Source of the DNA: the human T2T-CHM13v2.0 reference genome, Homo sapiens
Strand: one strand, 5' to 3'
Length of the DNA stretch: 64,000 nucleotides
Assembly (NCBI RefSeq): GCF_009914755.1
Contig: NC_060927.1
In this document: piece by piece, positions 26,421 through 44,112 of the stretch
Position numbering within the stretch: the stretch's first letter is position 1
Layout: every line of letters starts with the position of its first letter
Notes under the pieces: generated by a model
Told to the model about the DNA's origin: nothing
The model's database searches: none
Seen by the model: only the letters and a program-made list of their open reading frames with translations
Translations under genes and position numbers: made by a program

Positions 26421-26799
26421 TTTTAATCATTCTTCCTCCATGGATTTTAAATTTTGTCCCTATGACATATAAATTCCTATACCTCACGTGTATACATGTT
26501 TCTGAGCTCCATTCTGTTTCGTTTATTCTATCTCGGCATTTTTCAAACAATAAGGCACAATCCATTGGTGGTTCCTAAAATAGGTTGAATAGATTATAAC
26601 CACCATTATTGTTGTTATCTTCTAATGAAGTAGAATAGGATAGAAAACAGAATACGTCTAACATAGTAAAGTATTAACCCATGAAATTTGTTTATATACA
26701 TACATATGTATAGGTGGTGTTGGCTGAATTGTAAAATACATTTGTTACTATGGATTTGTAGCTCAAAAAGTTTAAGAAACACTGCTGTAATTATCCCTA

Positions 26800-30135
<3,336 letters not shown>

Positions 30136-31133
30136 TCCTAAAAATCCAGATTGTCCTCCTGAATGCCTAAATACTTTTTTCTAATTTAAAATGCTTTATT
30201 CAAAGCACCCTAAACTAGTACTTCGCTAGGAAACTGAAAAATATTCCTCTTAATTCTGCTTGCTAGTGAACAGAACAGACTTTAGGCCTCTTGAATTCAT
30301 TTTAAAAGTAACTACAGTCCAGTTAAACAAGGTAAGGTCCACAAAAGAAAAGACGTTTAAGCAACATTTTCCAAAGAGAGAAAAAAAAACACATATATGT
30401 AAGGTTTGATGAGACAGGCAGTCCTAGAAAAACAAATGGTACTTCACCAGATTTCAAATGTAAAGATTTATTCATTTACAAGGAATCAAAAGTTTGATCC
30501 AATAAAAAGGCAGTTACAATAAATCTAAAGCCACTGAGGATTAAGTTTGATTTTTTCAAGCTTGATTTGATTTCTATAAAAGTATAAACCCCAAATATAT
30601 TGCTTCTACACATTATATGCACATCAGATGCCAAGTCAACGAGTATTTCATAAATGTATAACATAAATATTTAAGAAAGCAAAAGAGTATAAAGAAAAGA
30701 TGTGGCCTTTGTCTTTTAAAAACAGAAAATCTGAATAGGAAAAAACTATACACGTATCTAAATTTCCACACAGAGATAATGATAGACGTAGAAGATGGTG
30801 TCATGTTACATCCCACTTTTTCAGCTCTTACAGAATTGCTACAGTAATTCACAAGTATGGTGAGGGAGGGAGAGTAGCTGAAACAGGTTGTTGTTGTTGT
30901 TGTTGTTTTTTATCTGTTATTTTAGGTTTTACTAATGGAAGTATTGAGACTAGAACAAAAAGCACATACTAGATAGATACTTACCTGACCAATCCTGGCA
31001 AGAGGACTATTGTCTCACTCACATGGAATTTTAAAAATCTGAAAGTCTTACATAAAAATCCAGGTTTCCAGTTTGTCTTGAGTAGTCAGAAAAGCTGACA
31101 AATCCAGCCCCACATTCCTATGGGAAATCATCA

Positions 31134-31270
31134 GCTGGTGTGCTGGTAAACGTTAACAACTGGCTCTCTATAGAAGAAAAACAAAAGCAAAAGCCCCTGA
31201 TCTGTATAGCATTTGCCATGGTGTAAATACACCCATCATGGCTGATTTCAAGCTCCCAACGTGATGCCTG
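31134..31270 (+). mobile_element. MER63-like hAT fragment
   Basis: GGTGTGCTGGTAAACGTTAACAACTGGCTCT...GGTGTAAATACACCCATCATGGCTGATTTCAAGCT. Confidence 0.65.
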
Positions 31271-31355
31271 GAAATGACAGGCACAATCAGCTCATGGACA
31301 ACAGTGGCCAGAGCTGAGTGGTGGCTGCCCCTTGGACAGGAGTTACGGGCCTTCC

Positions 31356-31632
31356 GTCCTCACTGCTCCCTATAGTCTTACCGTGGCTGCTACCTGCACT
31401 GGCACCAGCCCGCCCCACCCCTTTCTCTCTCTTCACCCCCAAGAATTCCTGAGCCAGATCCAAGCTGGTGGTAGTGCTGGGCACAATGTCCTCCTAATCC
31501 TCATCAGACCACATGGAAAAATCATTGCTTAGGTACCACATTTTAGGAGGGGCACTGCCAAGCCTGAGTAGGTAAAGACAGCAATGAGCTCAGAAGACAT
31601 CTCCAACACAGGATGGCTGACAGCACTGGAGA
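31356..31632 (+). repeat. Copy A of a ~275-bp dispersed direct duplication
   Basis: Aligns end to end with 40193-40470; about 20 substitutions and 2 small indels by manual count. Confidence 0.95.
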
Positions 31633-33689
31633 TGTTCACACCAGATACTGACCGGGGCAGTGACTCTCAAAGTGGAGAGAGAAGAGATGATGGGTAGGGA
31701 GAAGTGCACCAAATGAAAAAAAAAAAAAAAAAAAGAACTACTTCATCCAAAAATTCTTGACTCTGATATGTTAAATTCAATTGCAAATGACATTAACCAT
31801 CCACAACACTTTTATGTGTATTAAAGGAAAATATGGATCTCTAAGGATTGTGAAACATTTGTTTAAAGGAAACAGTCACCCTCCTCAAGTGTCTAAACAG
31901 CTATTCAGTGGAAGAATCTATTTTCAGCATCCATTATGCTAATTAACAAGGCATGTTATTTTCACCAGTGGATATCCAATTTCTAACATTTATTATGCTA
32001 ATTTGATCTGATATAAAACTATAAAAATAGCAGAGACACTGGTAGTAGCTGTCTCTGGAGGGCAGCCCTTCTGATTAAAGGCCAGATGTCTAGCCCTGGA
32101 TGCCCCCACTTAGAGAATGGCTTAAATAAGCACCTAATCCACCTGATGTTTTATGAAGCCTTTTGAATTAGAATAGACTACTGGGAGATGGTATTTTTTG
32201 ATGTCATTGTTCACAAAAGGGAAGCAACTGAAAGCGCCGACTTTTAGAAAGAACAGAAACATCAGTGCTTATTTTAAACCTAATGGGAGCTTAGGAACAT
32301 GGTCCAGTCAGAGGAGGAGTGCTCCCCTGTGGTGCCTGAAGCACTCGACTGTCCACAGCTGCCGACACTCACCTGGGAACTACTGTTCTGATGATCCCAG
32401 CAGCAACGCACAATTCAGTGCGCCAGCACCAAAGGAGGAAGGAAGACAGAGGTTTGTTTGGGTTGGTTTTTTTGAGGGGGGGTGGGGGGATGTTTATTTT
32501 ACTTTAATCTTGAATTAGGCATCCAACTTCTCCTAATTTTTATTCTCTTAATTTTTTCTCTGATACCTCCCCCACCCAGTCTACTGCAAAGGCTCTTGCT
32601 ATAAGAAGTAATGAAAATAGGCCAGGCGCAGGGTCTCATGCCTGTAATCCCAGCACTTTGGGAGGCTGAGACAGCGGAGTTGCTTGAGCACAGGAGTTCA
32701 AGACCAACCTGGGTGACGTGGTGACACCCTGTCTCTACCAAAAATACAAAAAATTAGCTGGGTGTGGTGGTGTGTACCTGTGGTCCCAGCTACTCGAGAG
32801 GCTGAGGTGGGAGGATCACTTGAGCCCCAGGGGGCGGAGCTTGCAGTGAGCCAAGATTGTGCCACTATACTCCAGTCTGGGCAACAGAGCAAGACCCTGT
32901 CTCAAAAAAAAAAAAAGTAAATGAAAATGTTTTGTAAACTACAAAGTATTATCAAATAGAAATAGTATTCCTTGGAATTTGTACATTATTAGTAGCAACA
33001 GTGATCTTTAAAATGAGTCATTTCTGCTAGTGTTTAATAAATTAATTCCTTAGAGATAAGCCTCCCTGCAGGGGCTACTTCATTACCAATAAATGTTTAC
33101 TAAATGCCCACCATATGCACCAAATGGTAGACGATTGGAATACAAAAGCAGAAGGGAGCAGGATTCTCGTCCTCAACAGGCAAGGATCTGCTATAGACTC
33201 ACACCATCCTTCAAGTCTGGCCACCCTCCCCATGACACTCCCTTCTATGTTGCCTCTGGGTTATCTTGTCTCTAATTAAACACTTTGGCAAAGTGGGATC
33301 TCGTTACCTGGGGAAGCAGCCCTTTTCCCCTGAATCAGTTCCTTTCCTTCAGTTAGCTGAGGTACTTACTGGGAAAGAAAACTCCATACATATGAAGGGG
33401 AGTCCTGTGGCAGCGTGCACCTGAGCCATCACACACACAAGAGGGCAGAGCCATGAACGGGGGATGAAGGACTGTCCCCGAGCACACGCTACCACACGTC
33501 CTGAACGTACGGCTGGTTACAGCTAGTTAATATTTTGGAAATGCTATTTTATTGGCTAGGAAGCCTTTTCCAAATGAAAATCTCTTTACTGATAGATTAG
33601 TGAAGGTAGTATAGAGGAGTTTTATTTTGTTTTTGTTTTTTTAATCAGCAGAAAAGTCTTTCCCGTCCTCTGGGCAGACAGATAGCAGA

Positions 33690-33880
33690 GAATTACGCGC
33701 TTAGGTTTCACAGCCAGGCTGCTTCCGTTCAATTCTCAGCACTGCCACAACCAGCTAAGTGTACCTGGGCAAACTACAGAAGCCCTATAAACCTCAGTTT
33801 CCTTATCTATAAAATGGGACTAATTATAGTACCTACTTAATAGGGGTGTTCTGAGAACTGAATGAGATGATACTGTAATC
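33690..33880. mobile_element. MIR (representative; similar MIRs at ~4110-4270, 14150-14340, 41320-41460, 47770-47920, 51870-52390, 57530-57720, 61440-61800)
   Basis: Core motif CCTCAGTTTCCTTATCTATAAAATGGG. Confidence 0.75.
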
Positions 33881-34076
33881 CTTCAACTGAGGTCCCCAGA
33901 CAAATGCTCAGGAGTTCATGAGAAATTTTTACTTTTGTTATTTCATGGAGAATCTTTTTTAAAATTTGACATAAGCATCCTCTGAATCAGATGGCTAGGT
34001 GCTATGTCACCAAGTATTGCTGTAAGATTTCAGTGACTATGTTTGTATTTTTCTGGTCTAATGAAAAAAGGGGTCA

Positions 34077-34205
<129 letters not shown>

Positions 34206-34769
34206 TTAGCTGGGCATGGTGGCCAGTGCCTATAATCCCAGCTACTGGGGAGGCTGAGTCAGGAGAATTGCTTGAATCTGTAGGGCAGAGGTTGCAGTAA
34301 GCCAAGATTGTGCCACTGTACTCCAGCCTGGGCAAGAGTGAGACACTGTCTCAAAAAAAAAAAAGAAAAAAGGACAGAGACAAACCCAATATATAACTGA
34401 GGCATTTGCACTAAGAAATAGTCAAATTATGTCACCACAACCTGTATGATGAAAAATTTTACAAGAGTTTGCAAGATGAAAGTGGAGGGGAAATTGCATT
34501 AGCCGGCAAGTGGCATGATAGGTAGACTAACATTACAGAACCAAATCCGGCAGACTGGCAGCATATGCCACAGTTGTGGAACAGAGGTTTGGTTGCAGCA
34601 GATCTTCATCTGTTGTGTCACGGCTAGCTTTTATTGGCTATATTTAGTTTATAAATGTGTATTCTAGTTATGAAGTTGTAAAGAAACTGCAAGCATAAGG
34701 GCCAGGCCCATTTTTATGCTTTATATATTCAAGTAACATAATAAAGATAATCATATTGTACTTACGTAA

Positions 34770-34910
<141 letters not shown>

Positions 34911-36379
34911 TAGCTGGGATTACAGGCGCCTGCCACCACAGCTGGCTAATTTTTGCATTTTTAGTAGAGACGGGGTTTCACCATCTTGGCCAGGCTGGTC
35001 TCAAACTCCTGACCTCATGATCCACCTGCCTCAGCCTCCCAAAGTGCTGGGATTACAGGTGTGAGCCACCATGCCCGGCCCAGGAATGTTCTCATTCTTA
35101 AGAAATGCACACTGAATTCTTTAGGAGTAAGGAGGAATGATACTGGCCACTTACTCTCATATAGAAAAATAATACCCAACTATATATACATACCTATGTG
35201 TGTATATATATATAAAACATGTACCAAAAGACAGAGAGAACATGTGCATGATGAAGGAAATAGGGGTAGATAAAAACAACTGGTGAATCTGGTTAAAGGA
35301 CATGTGGTAGCCAAAGAACTATAGCTTCTCATAACTAGAAGGAATGCACTTAAAAGTTCAGATCCAGAGTTCCCCTAGGAGGATCATTATTAGACCAGTG
35401 ATTCGTGTGGGGAAAGGGACCTGATGTCAGATGCACCTGGGAAGGCTTTGTCAGAATGCCAGCAAGTACCCCGTCTCCTCTCTGAGGATCGCGGATAGCA
35501 GCGAGCCACTCTTATGGATGAAAATGCACGGCACACCCCTCTGGTATTTTAGGATATGAAAGTAAAAATCACTGATGCAGTGATCAGATAAGCCTCCAAA
35601 CTATCCGAAATGATCACAGAAGGAAGTACTTAATGAACACTACAGAAGAGCTGGCAGAAAAACGATCCAAAGGCCATGTTATATTGAGCATTATTTTTAG
35701 ACTTAACTTTTCTAAAGTGCAACTTTACAAAACCAGGAGTCCTCGAAATACATAGAGAAACAGACAGACATAGGCGACAAAACAACAACTGCATTTCCCG
35801 TTTGGGCTTTCCTGATGAAATTCTCCCACAGTTGCACACACAGTTGCTAGAAAGCAAGAGTACAGTGCTCTTTCCCTCACTAAGGGAAAACCAGACTCAA
35901 CACCAAGACTCCAAGGGGAATGGGCAGGAATGACATCAGTATGTTGTTCTCTTTCCAGGGCACCAGAGGACTTGGCACTCTGATCACAAGTAAACACAAC
36001 TACTCCATTAGAGGCAGTTCCTCCCTATTCTAAGCCTTTATTATTCCTGGGTTTTAGAGTCAGTACTCCAGAAAATGGTCACTCCCTTTGGTGAAACCTA
36101 TTTGTCTCCCTCCTGTGCTCTGGGGCATGCCTGCCCCTTTGCTGTACCATGCCTCAATCGAGTCCACCTTGTAGATGCTGATCTACTCCGGCATGTCTGA
36201 ATATTACCGGCTCCTTTTATTTTCATGGCCCACGTGGCAGTCAGATCATCCCAGTGCATACAACGGAGGAGCCAGGAGTAAAGTTTATCACACGAAGGAG
36301 ATGTAAACCAAATCATGTTTTTTCAAACTGTCGGTTCCAATGTGTTAGTGGATCCTAAAATCAATGTAAGGAGCCATGA

Positions 36380-36646
<267 letters not shown>

Positions 36647-39439
36647 TAAATTTTTTGTAGAGATGGGGTCTCATTTTGTTGCCTACGCTGGTCTCAAACT
36701 CCTGGGCTCAAGTGACCATCCCACCTTGGTCTCCCAAAGTGCTGGGATTAGAGGTGTAAGCCACCACCTGAGCCAGTACTGTCTCTTAAAACTTTTGGAT
36801 TGGTTATCTCAGTATATGTATATGAAGATCACAATATGAAATGGCTTTTTTGAGATGGGGTCTTGCTCTGTGGCCCAGGCCTGAGGGCAGTGGCGCAATC
36901 ACAGCTCTCTGCAGCCTTTAACTCCTGGGCTCAAGCCATCCTCCTGCCTCAGCCTCTGGAGTAGATGGGACTGTAGGCACACACCACCACACCCAGCTAA
37001 TTGTGGTTTTTTTTTTTTTTTGGAGGATGAGGTCTTCCTATTTTTCCCAGGCTAGTCTCAAACTCCTGGGCTCAAGCAATCCTCCCTCCTCAGCCTGCCA
37101 AAGTGCTGGCATTACAGGCATGAGCCACCATGCCCAGCCTAAAATGCTTTTTTACTGTGTGCCACAGTCAACCATATTCAAAAGCCACAGTATTAGATGC
37201 TGAGAGAAAAGGAGAGAGAAAGAGACAGAAAGATCAGGAGTGGGCCCAGCTGAACTAGTCACAGGAGCAAACCCCATAAGAGGTTCACTTGGCTGATGCA
37301 GAAGCCGACCAGAAGTCACCATGATCTTGAGGAAAGAAATCATAAGAGAAAAGAGTATATGAGTGCAACTAAACATTACGTTATCATTAAGCTGACCTGG
37401 TTTGCTTTCCTTTTTTTAAGGCAAATGTAGACTACAGCCTAGAAATATAAACATATTCCATACAAGAGGGCCATGTGTCCCCATTATAATAAAAGCTTGG
37501 GTTCTTAGGAATGCTTACTTGAAAGGAGTATGGTAATCAATGCTTCATCAATTAGTCAACCTTCAATAATCATCTCCAAACAAGGAGTTAGTGAATTTCT
37601 TGGGGCAGATGCAAACGCAACCCCTGCAAAAGCTGCTGTCCTTGCCACATCACTCACACCAGCCCCATCCAGCCTTGCTGATCATCTGCATATTCATTCA
37701 AAAGCACTATTCCCTCCACCAAAACCCTCAAAGTTTTAATTTAAAGTTATTTTAATCTAAGTGAGGAAGTCAGCGGATGCAATTAGATCTTAAAATTAGA
37801 AGATATGGTTACCAAACTTAACCATTTTGTAAACATTGCAATAAAATGGAATATCATGTTAAAGACATGCCAAGGTGTTGTTTTATACATTAGCACCAAG
37901 CACCTTGCCCTCCCATTTTCATCAATTTACCCTATGAAGAAACAGCTGGAGGCTGGCACAGTGGCTCACACCTGTAATCCTAGGTGTGAGGATTATTTTG
38001 GGAGGCCAAGGCGGGTGGATTGCCTGAGCTCAGGAGTTTGAGACCAGCTTGGGCAACATGGTGAAACCCCTCCTCTACTAAAATACAAAAAATTAGCTGG
38101 GCGTGGTGACACACGCCTGTAGTCCCAGTTACTCAGGAGGCTAAGGCACAAGAATCATTTGAACCCGGGAGGCAGAGATTGCAGTGAGCCGTGATCGCAC
38201 CACTGCATTCCAGCCTGGGCGAATGAGCAAGACTCTGTCTCCAGAAAAAAACAGCTGGAAAAAAGCTGGGACTTCCCAGCACCAGTATTACCAATCACTG
38301 AAAGGAGAGGTTCCTCAAGCACAAGGAAGAACAGCAATCTCAAGTTGTATTTCCATTCAGTACCTTCCAGGGTTACCCTAGACACTGATTACATCAATGT
38401 CTCATGAGCAGTGGAATGATTATTTTAAGTAAATTTATCCCTTCCAGGCCATCCAGATAAGCAACTATTGTGTTACTACAAAACCACCATTTTACTATTT
38501 ATTTTAGCTCTACAGTGTACTATTGAAATATTTCTTTTATTCTCCACTAGTAGACATACTGAAGCCTTAATACTATCAGGTATTATAGACTCAAGTCATA
38601 ATAGGTACTGTTCCCTTCAAAATGCTGAAACAATAACATCCTCAAAAATCCCCAAGTTTTCAGTTCTCCAGGAGCAAAGGAAAAGAGAATCATTTAGGTC
38701 ACCTTGATGAGCTGGGAAACTGATCTCAAGTAGTAGAACATTTTTCTGTTTGTAATAAGAGGCCCAAATCAGATTACATTCACAAGGCTTTTTTAAAGTG
38801 TTGAGGAGAACGTTAACCTCCCCTAAAGTCTGAGAGCAATTTACAACAAAAGCTAAAATAGAATTAATGTAGGGCAGAGAAAGCTGAGTCAGGCTGAATC
38901 AGCCCAAGTAAGTCTAAGAAATCCACTGAAAGACATCGAAACCTAATGTTCAACTTTGTCTATAAATTGTATGACTTTTCACACACTTACATAATAATAC
39001 ATAACTAATGAATTAGGTAACAGAAAATACAATGCCTGGTTTTCGAGCTCAGCATACTTGAGAGTGGTACACATAACACAAGAGTAAGAAAGGTTTCCCA
39101 AAAATGTTAATAATAATTGAAGACATCTTTGGACTTTTTTCCTCTCATTCAAATGTAAAAAATGATCCTAAGAAGCTGAAACCATGATACAGGGATTCTA
39201 GAATTATGCCAGCCCATCTCTAAAGCAACTGGAGTCATTTGAGTCAAAAGAATGTTCGGCTAGGCATGGTAGCTCACACCTGTAATCACAGCAGTTTGGG
39301 AGGCCAAGGCGGATGGACTGCTGGAGGCCAGGAGTTTGAGACCAGCCTGGGCAACATGATGAAACCCCATCTCTACAAAAAAAAGAAATAGAAAAATTAG
39401 CTAGGTGTGGTGGCACACGCCTGTAATCTCAGCTACTCA

Positions 39440-39565
<126 letters not shown>

Positions 39566-40192
39566 CTAGGATAAAGTCTACAGTCTATTTTCTGATTGTT
39601 AGAGCCTTATAAGCGAATTTATCCTCATTCTTCAAAAACACCAATGGGCTGTGTTCAACACAGAAGGAAAGTAAGAGTTCCTCTTTCCCTTAGCAGTATC
39701 GTTTTGTTTCTCCGAAAACAGCTCTCCCAAACCATAGGTTCCAAAGGGAGTCTTGCATCTACATTACCAGCTGTGCTTGTCCCCACTTCTATACATTTTA
39801 CAGCCATAAGCGTCTGCACACAAACATATTCATGAGTCCCATGAAGGCAGGAACTGTCCCTTCTTTATCTTTATATGCCCCTTATATATAAGGGTTCAAT
39901 CATCACTCACTAAATTGGAAACTAGGTAGGCCTCCAACTGGAACAGAATGATCAAAAGAGGAGACAAGAAAGTCTTTACTCTCCCCACTTAAAGACACAA
40001 AAGGTTACCCTGAGGTAATTATTTCTATTTTTCATTGTATAAACAGTATTTTGTTTTATTATTCCTAACTAAAGTTGGGCATTGTAAAAGAGAGAAATTC
40101 AAACTACTACCTTATATAAAAACTTCTAAACTGACTATATTGGCGCTCAACAAAGTCTGCAAATAGCTATTCAAATCAGCCACTTCTCCAGG

Positions 40193-40470
40193 GTCGTCAC
40201 TGCTCCCTACAGTCTTACAGTGGCTGCTCCCTGCCCTGGCACCAGCCCGCCCCACCCCTTTTTCTCCCTTCACCCCCAAAAACTCCTGAGCTAGATCCAA
40301 GCTGGTGGTAGGCCTGACACGATGTCCTCCTAATCCTCATCAGATCACATAGAAAAATCATTGCTTAGGTACCACATTTTAGGAGGGGCACTGCCAAGCC
40401 TGGGTAGGTGAAGACACAGCAATGAGCTCAGAAGACATCCCCGACACAGGATGGCTGACAGCTCTGGAGA
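40193..40470 (+). repeat. Copy B of the ~275-bp dispersed direct duplication
   Basis: Aligns end to end with 31356-31632. Confidence 0.95.
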
Positions 40471-40807
40471 GAGGTGATATGCAATTGTAGAAAGTCATAT
40501 TTCTTGCAATCTTAGAGGAATAAAGGAGTTTTGTTGTTGTTTAGGTAAAAAGCCTTCGGCCTGAGCTGCCTCTCCCGAGCTCCAATTCCTCAGATTCCCA
40601 TTTAACATCCTTGAACTTCAATTTCTTTAGTAAGGAATAATTATACCTCACCATCAGGTGGTTATATCCTCACAACAATCAAAAGCTAAGTAAGTGTGAA
40701 TTATACAAGAGGTTGAAAAAACCTTACTAGATACCTCACGCAATCACTGGTAGAATGATGATCTTGTAGGGGTGGTGGCAGGAGGGTGGGAAGACACAGA
40801 CGCATGA

Positions 40808-41209
40808 TGATAAGGTTTGGATATTTGTCTCCTCCAGATCTCATGTAAGAATGTGATCCCCAACGTTGGAAGCAAGGCCTAGTATGAGGTGTTTGGGTCA
40901 TGGGGGTGGATCCCTCATGAATGGCACGGTGATGAGTGAGTTCTCACTCTACTAGTTCACTCAAGAGCTGGTTGTTTAACAGAGCCTGGCACCTCTTCCT
41001 CTTTCTTGCCCTTCCTCTCACATGTGACATGCCTGCTCTCCGTCACCTTCTGCCAGGAGTAAAAGCTCTCTGAGGCCTCTCCAGAAGCCAAGCAGACACT
41101 CATGCCATGCTTGTACAGCCTACAGCACCGTGAGCCAATTAAACTTCTTTTCTTAATAAATCACCCAGTCTCAGGTATTCCTTTACAACAATGTAAATGG
41201 ACTAAGACA
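40808..41209 (+). mobile_element. MST-family MaLR solo LTR
   Basis: TGATAAGGTTTGGATATTTGTC...GGACTAAGACA with TG...CA ends; 5-bp flanks CATGA/CATGT. Confidence 0.85.
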
Positions 41210-42181
41210 CATGTTAATACAGAAGACTGGGAGAAGCCCTATCAGAAGCCAACAATGTGCCAGGAGAGAGGGCAAGGCAGTCCCAACCAGGAGTCAAAAG
41301 CTAATCAGTAAGCTCAGTACACACGACAGCCCGTTAATCCTCATCAACACTTTGTAGGTAGGTATTGTTGCTCCATGTTACTAATGAGAAAACTGAGGCT
41401 TAGAAAAATAAAAGTCTAACAGCCAGTAGAGAGGTAGACCTCAGATTTTAAGAACATACACTTGCTGTCTGCCAATCCAGGAAGGACTAAACTGGAAAGA
41501 GCTCATCTTCGAGAACTTATAATGTATAAAACGTCAACCTAAATTTTTTTGTTGTTATTAATATTTTAGTGCTTAGAAAAAGAACTGTTCCTACATGAAA
41601 CAGTAATTCTTACAATATTGTTTAGCAAGTAATCTTAACTTTGAACAAGAACGTTTAAAAATAAATATATTGTTGGGTGAGCAGGAAAATCACTTTAAAA
41701 TGTTGTAGAATAATCTTCCAATATTGTTCCTTTCACCCATCCCTCAAACTACACTAATGAACATTTTTTTTCTCCCAGTATTTGCTCTTTCTCAGCAATG
41801 CAAACATAATTTTCATGACTGTTTTCCATTATGACACATACTGTACATTTCCAACGACATAAATGACGTTCGATGATTTTTTTTCCCATCTCTAGCTCTC
41901 TGCTGGTCAATTAGTCTATCAACTAACACATATTTATCTCAACATCTGAGACACATAAGGAGTATCTTCATTCCAGATCACTGATAGTAACCTGAGAAGG
42001 AAAGAACGACCTACAATTAACGGTTCAAACTCTAGCATACAAAGTTAAAATACTGATTAAGGCCAGACGTGGCAGCTCCCGTGTGTAATCCCAGAATTTT
42101 GGGAGGCCGAGGTAGACGGATCATTTGAGGTCAGGAGTTTGAGACCAGCCTGGCCAACATGGTAAAACCCCGCCTCTACTA

Positions 42182-42379
<198 letters not shown>

Positions 42380-42701
42380 TTAAATACCAGTTAAATACCA
42401 GTACCCACACTTGAGTCCACGAGTTTGAAACCAGCCTGGGCAACACAGCATGATCCCATCTCAAAAAAAAAAAAACAAAAAAAAAAACAAACCAGTATCC
42501 ATAGTTAAGTGCCAGTTAAAAGACTTACATGTTCTTGAAAATACAAATGAGGATGTGAAGCTGTTATCTCTAAGGAAAACCACCAAAATTAACAGCAAAT
42601 AGCCAGAAAACCATGTAGAGAAGCATGTAATTTTGTTATGGAGCAGAAGACAAGGGATCATTAAAGCACTTAAGCTATTTTATAATAGACTCCTCACTTA
42701 C

Positions 42702-42765
42702 GTTTTTCGTCATCAGCATGCACCAGAGATGCTGCCCTGGACAAAACATCCAATGGCGTCTCCAT
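42702..42765 (-). CDS. VGLL4: VGLL4 first coding segment, METPLDVLSRAASLVHADDEK plus 1 nt (phase-1 donor); CDS continues left of the window
   Basis: Minus strand reads GGA-ATG-GAG-ACG-CCA-TTG-GAT-GTT-TTG-TCC-AGG-GCA-GCA-TCT-CTG-GTG-CAT-GCT-GAT-GAC-GAA-AAA-C|GTAAGT. The peptide matches my recall of the VGLL4 N-terminus (METPLDVLSRAASLVHADDEKREAALRG...). Strong Kozak context (G at -3, G at +4). Confidence 0.96.
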
Positions 42766-42778
42766 TCCTGGTTGGAGC
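42702..42778 (-). other. VGLL4: VGLL4 exon 2 (77 nt: 13 nt 5'UTR + 64 nt CDS)
   Basis: Acceptor TTTTTTCCCCTTTTATTTTTTCCTCTTAG|GCTCC with a long polypyrimidine tract; donor AAAC|GTAAGT. Confidence 0.95.
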
Positions 42779-44016
42779 CTAAGAGGAAAAAATAAAAGGG
42801 GAAAAAATAATTTAAACAGAATTCAAAAGACTCTTAGAATCCTAGTCATTAACAGAATGAGTCCTCAACCAAATGCAAATCATTCTTCTAAGGATGAAAT
42901 TCTTCCCACATGAGGAAACAGAATGGGCTTGGTTCAGGGAGAGAGAAAAGGGTTAAACTCCATTTAGTCTACTAAGCTAAACTTTGCCAACTACAGGAAG
43001 CAGCTGATGTAGGAACTAAAAGAAGGGATATTGTGAATATTCATGCCCATGTTATTTGGTGCTTATGTTTATGTGCATGCATAACATGCCTGTATAAACA
43101 TGCCCAATAAAAGAAAGGTTTTCAGAACAACGGCTGCTCTATGAACACAGCATCACTACCAGTGAGGTGGTGCAGCTTAACACACGCCACGTACTCATGG
43201 AAAGCTGTGTGAGAAACCCACTGGTAGGTTAATTGATATTTTAAGTCCAATAAGAATCTTTATGTTAAAACGTCATGTTTTGTATAATGGTATATTATAT
43301 AATCACCACCTATCATCAATTTATCTAGCATCATGTTTTTTAATAAGACTGGATTTTTATTGTTGTTTCCTTAAATTACAGCATACTATAAAAGCTAAAA
43401 CAGCAAAAGATTTAAAGCTCGAGGAAAGCCCTGGAAAACCAGAATGCTTTTTACCCAGTTTCCCTTTTCTGGGTTATTTAAACACACACACAGTTACTGG
43501 CACACACACCCTACTAGCTCACCAGCTGAGAAAAACAACTCCTTAACTGTACCACTTTACAGACACTTGGAATTTATTCAGCATTCTTCAACACTTATGG
43601 AGTACCTACTACGTATGCACCGGTCACAACATGTGGCAGACCAGCTTTTCTTTGTAATATTCATACCTCAGGCCTCCAAAGAAACACTGATCCACGAGGC
43701 ATGGTAGCTCACGCCTGTAATCCCAGCACTTTGGGAGGCCAAGGCGGGCAGATCACTTGAGGTCAGGAGTTCAAGACTAGCCTGGCGAACATGGTGAAAC
43801 CCCATCTCTATTAAAATTACAAAAAATTAGGTCGGGCGTGGTGGCTCACGCCTGTAATCCCAGCACTTTGGGAGGCCGAGGCGGGCAGGTAACCTGAGGT
43901 CGGGAGTTTGAGACCAGCCTGAACAACATGGAGAAAACCCATCTCTACTACAAATACAAAAAAATTAGCCGGGTATGGTGGCCCATGCTTGTAATCCCAG
44001 CTACTCAAGAGGCTCA

Positions 44017-44112
<96 letters not shown>

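Noticed and set aside
30977-31010. Match to the U1 snRNA 5' end (ATACTTACCTG) as a possible U1 pseudogene
   Set aside because: Continuous similarity ends after 11 nt; it is better read as a splice donor on the opposite strand.
39879-39894. 16-bp palindrome CCCTTATATATAAGGG resembling a CArG box
   Set aside because: The A/T core is 10 nt, not 6, so it is not an SRF site; the centre is low-complexity TA.
42763-42768. GGAATG (MCAT) overlapping the VGLL4 start codon
   Set aside because: A single 6-mer explained by the Kozak context and ATG.
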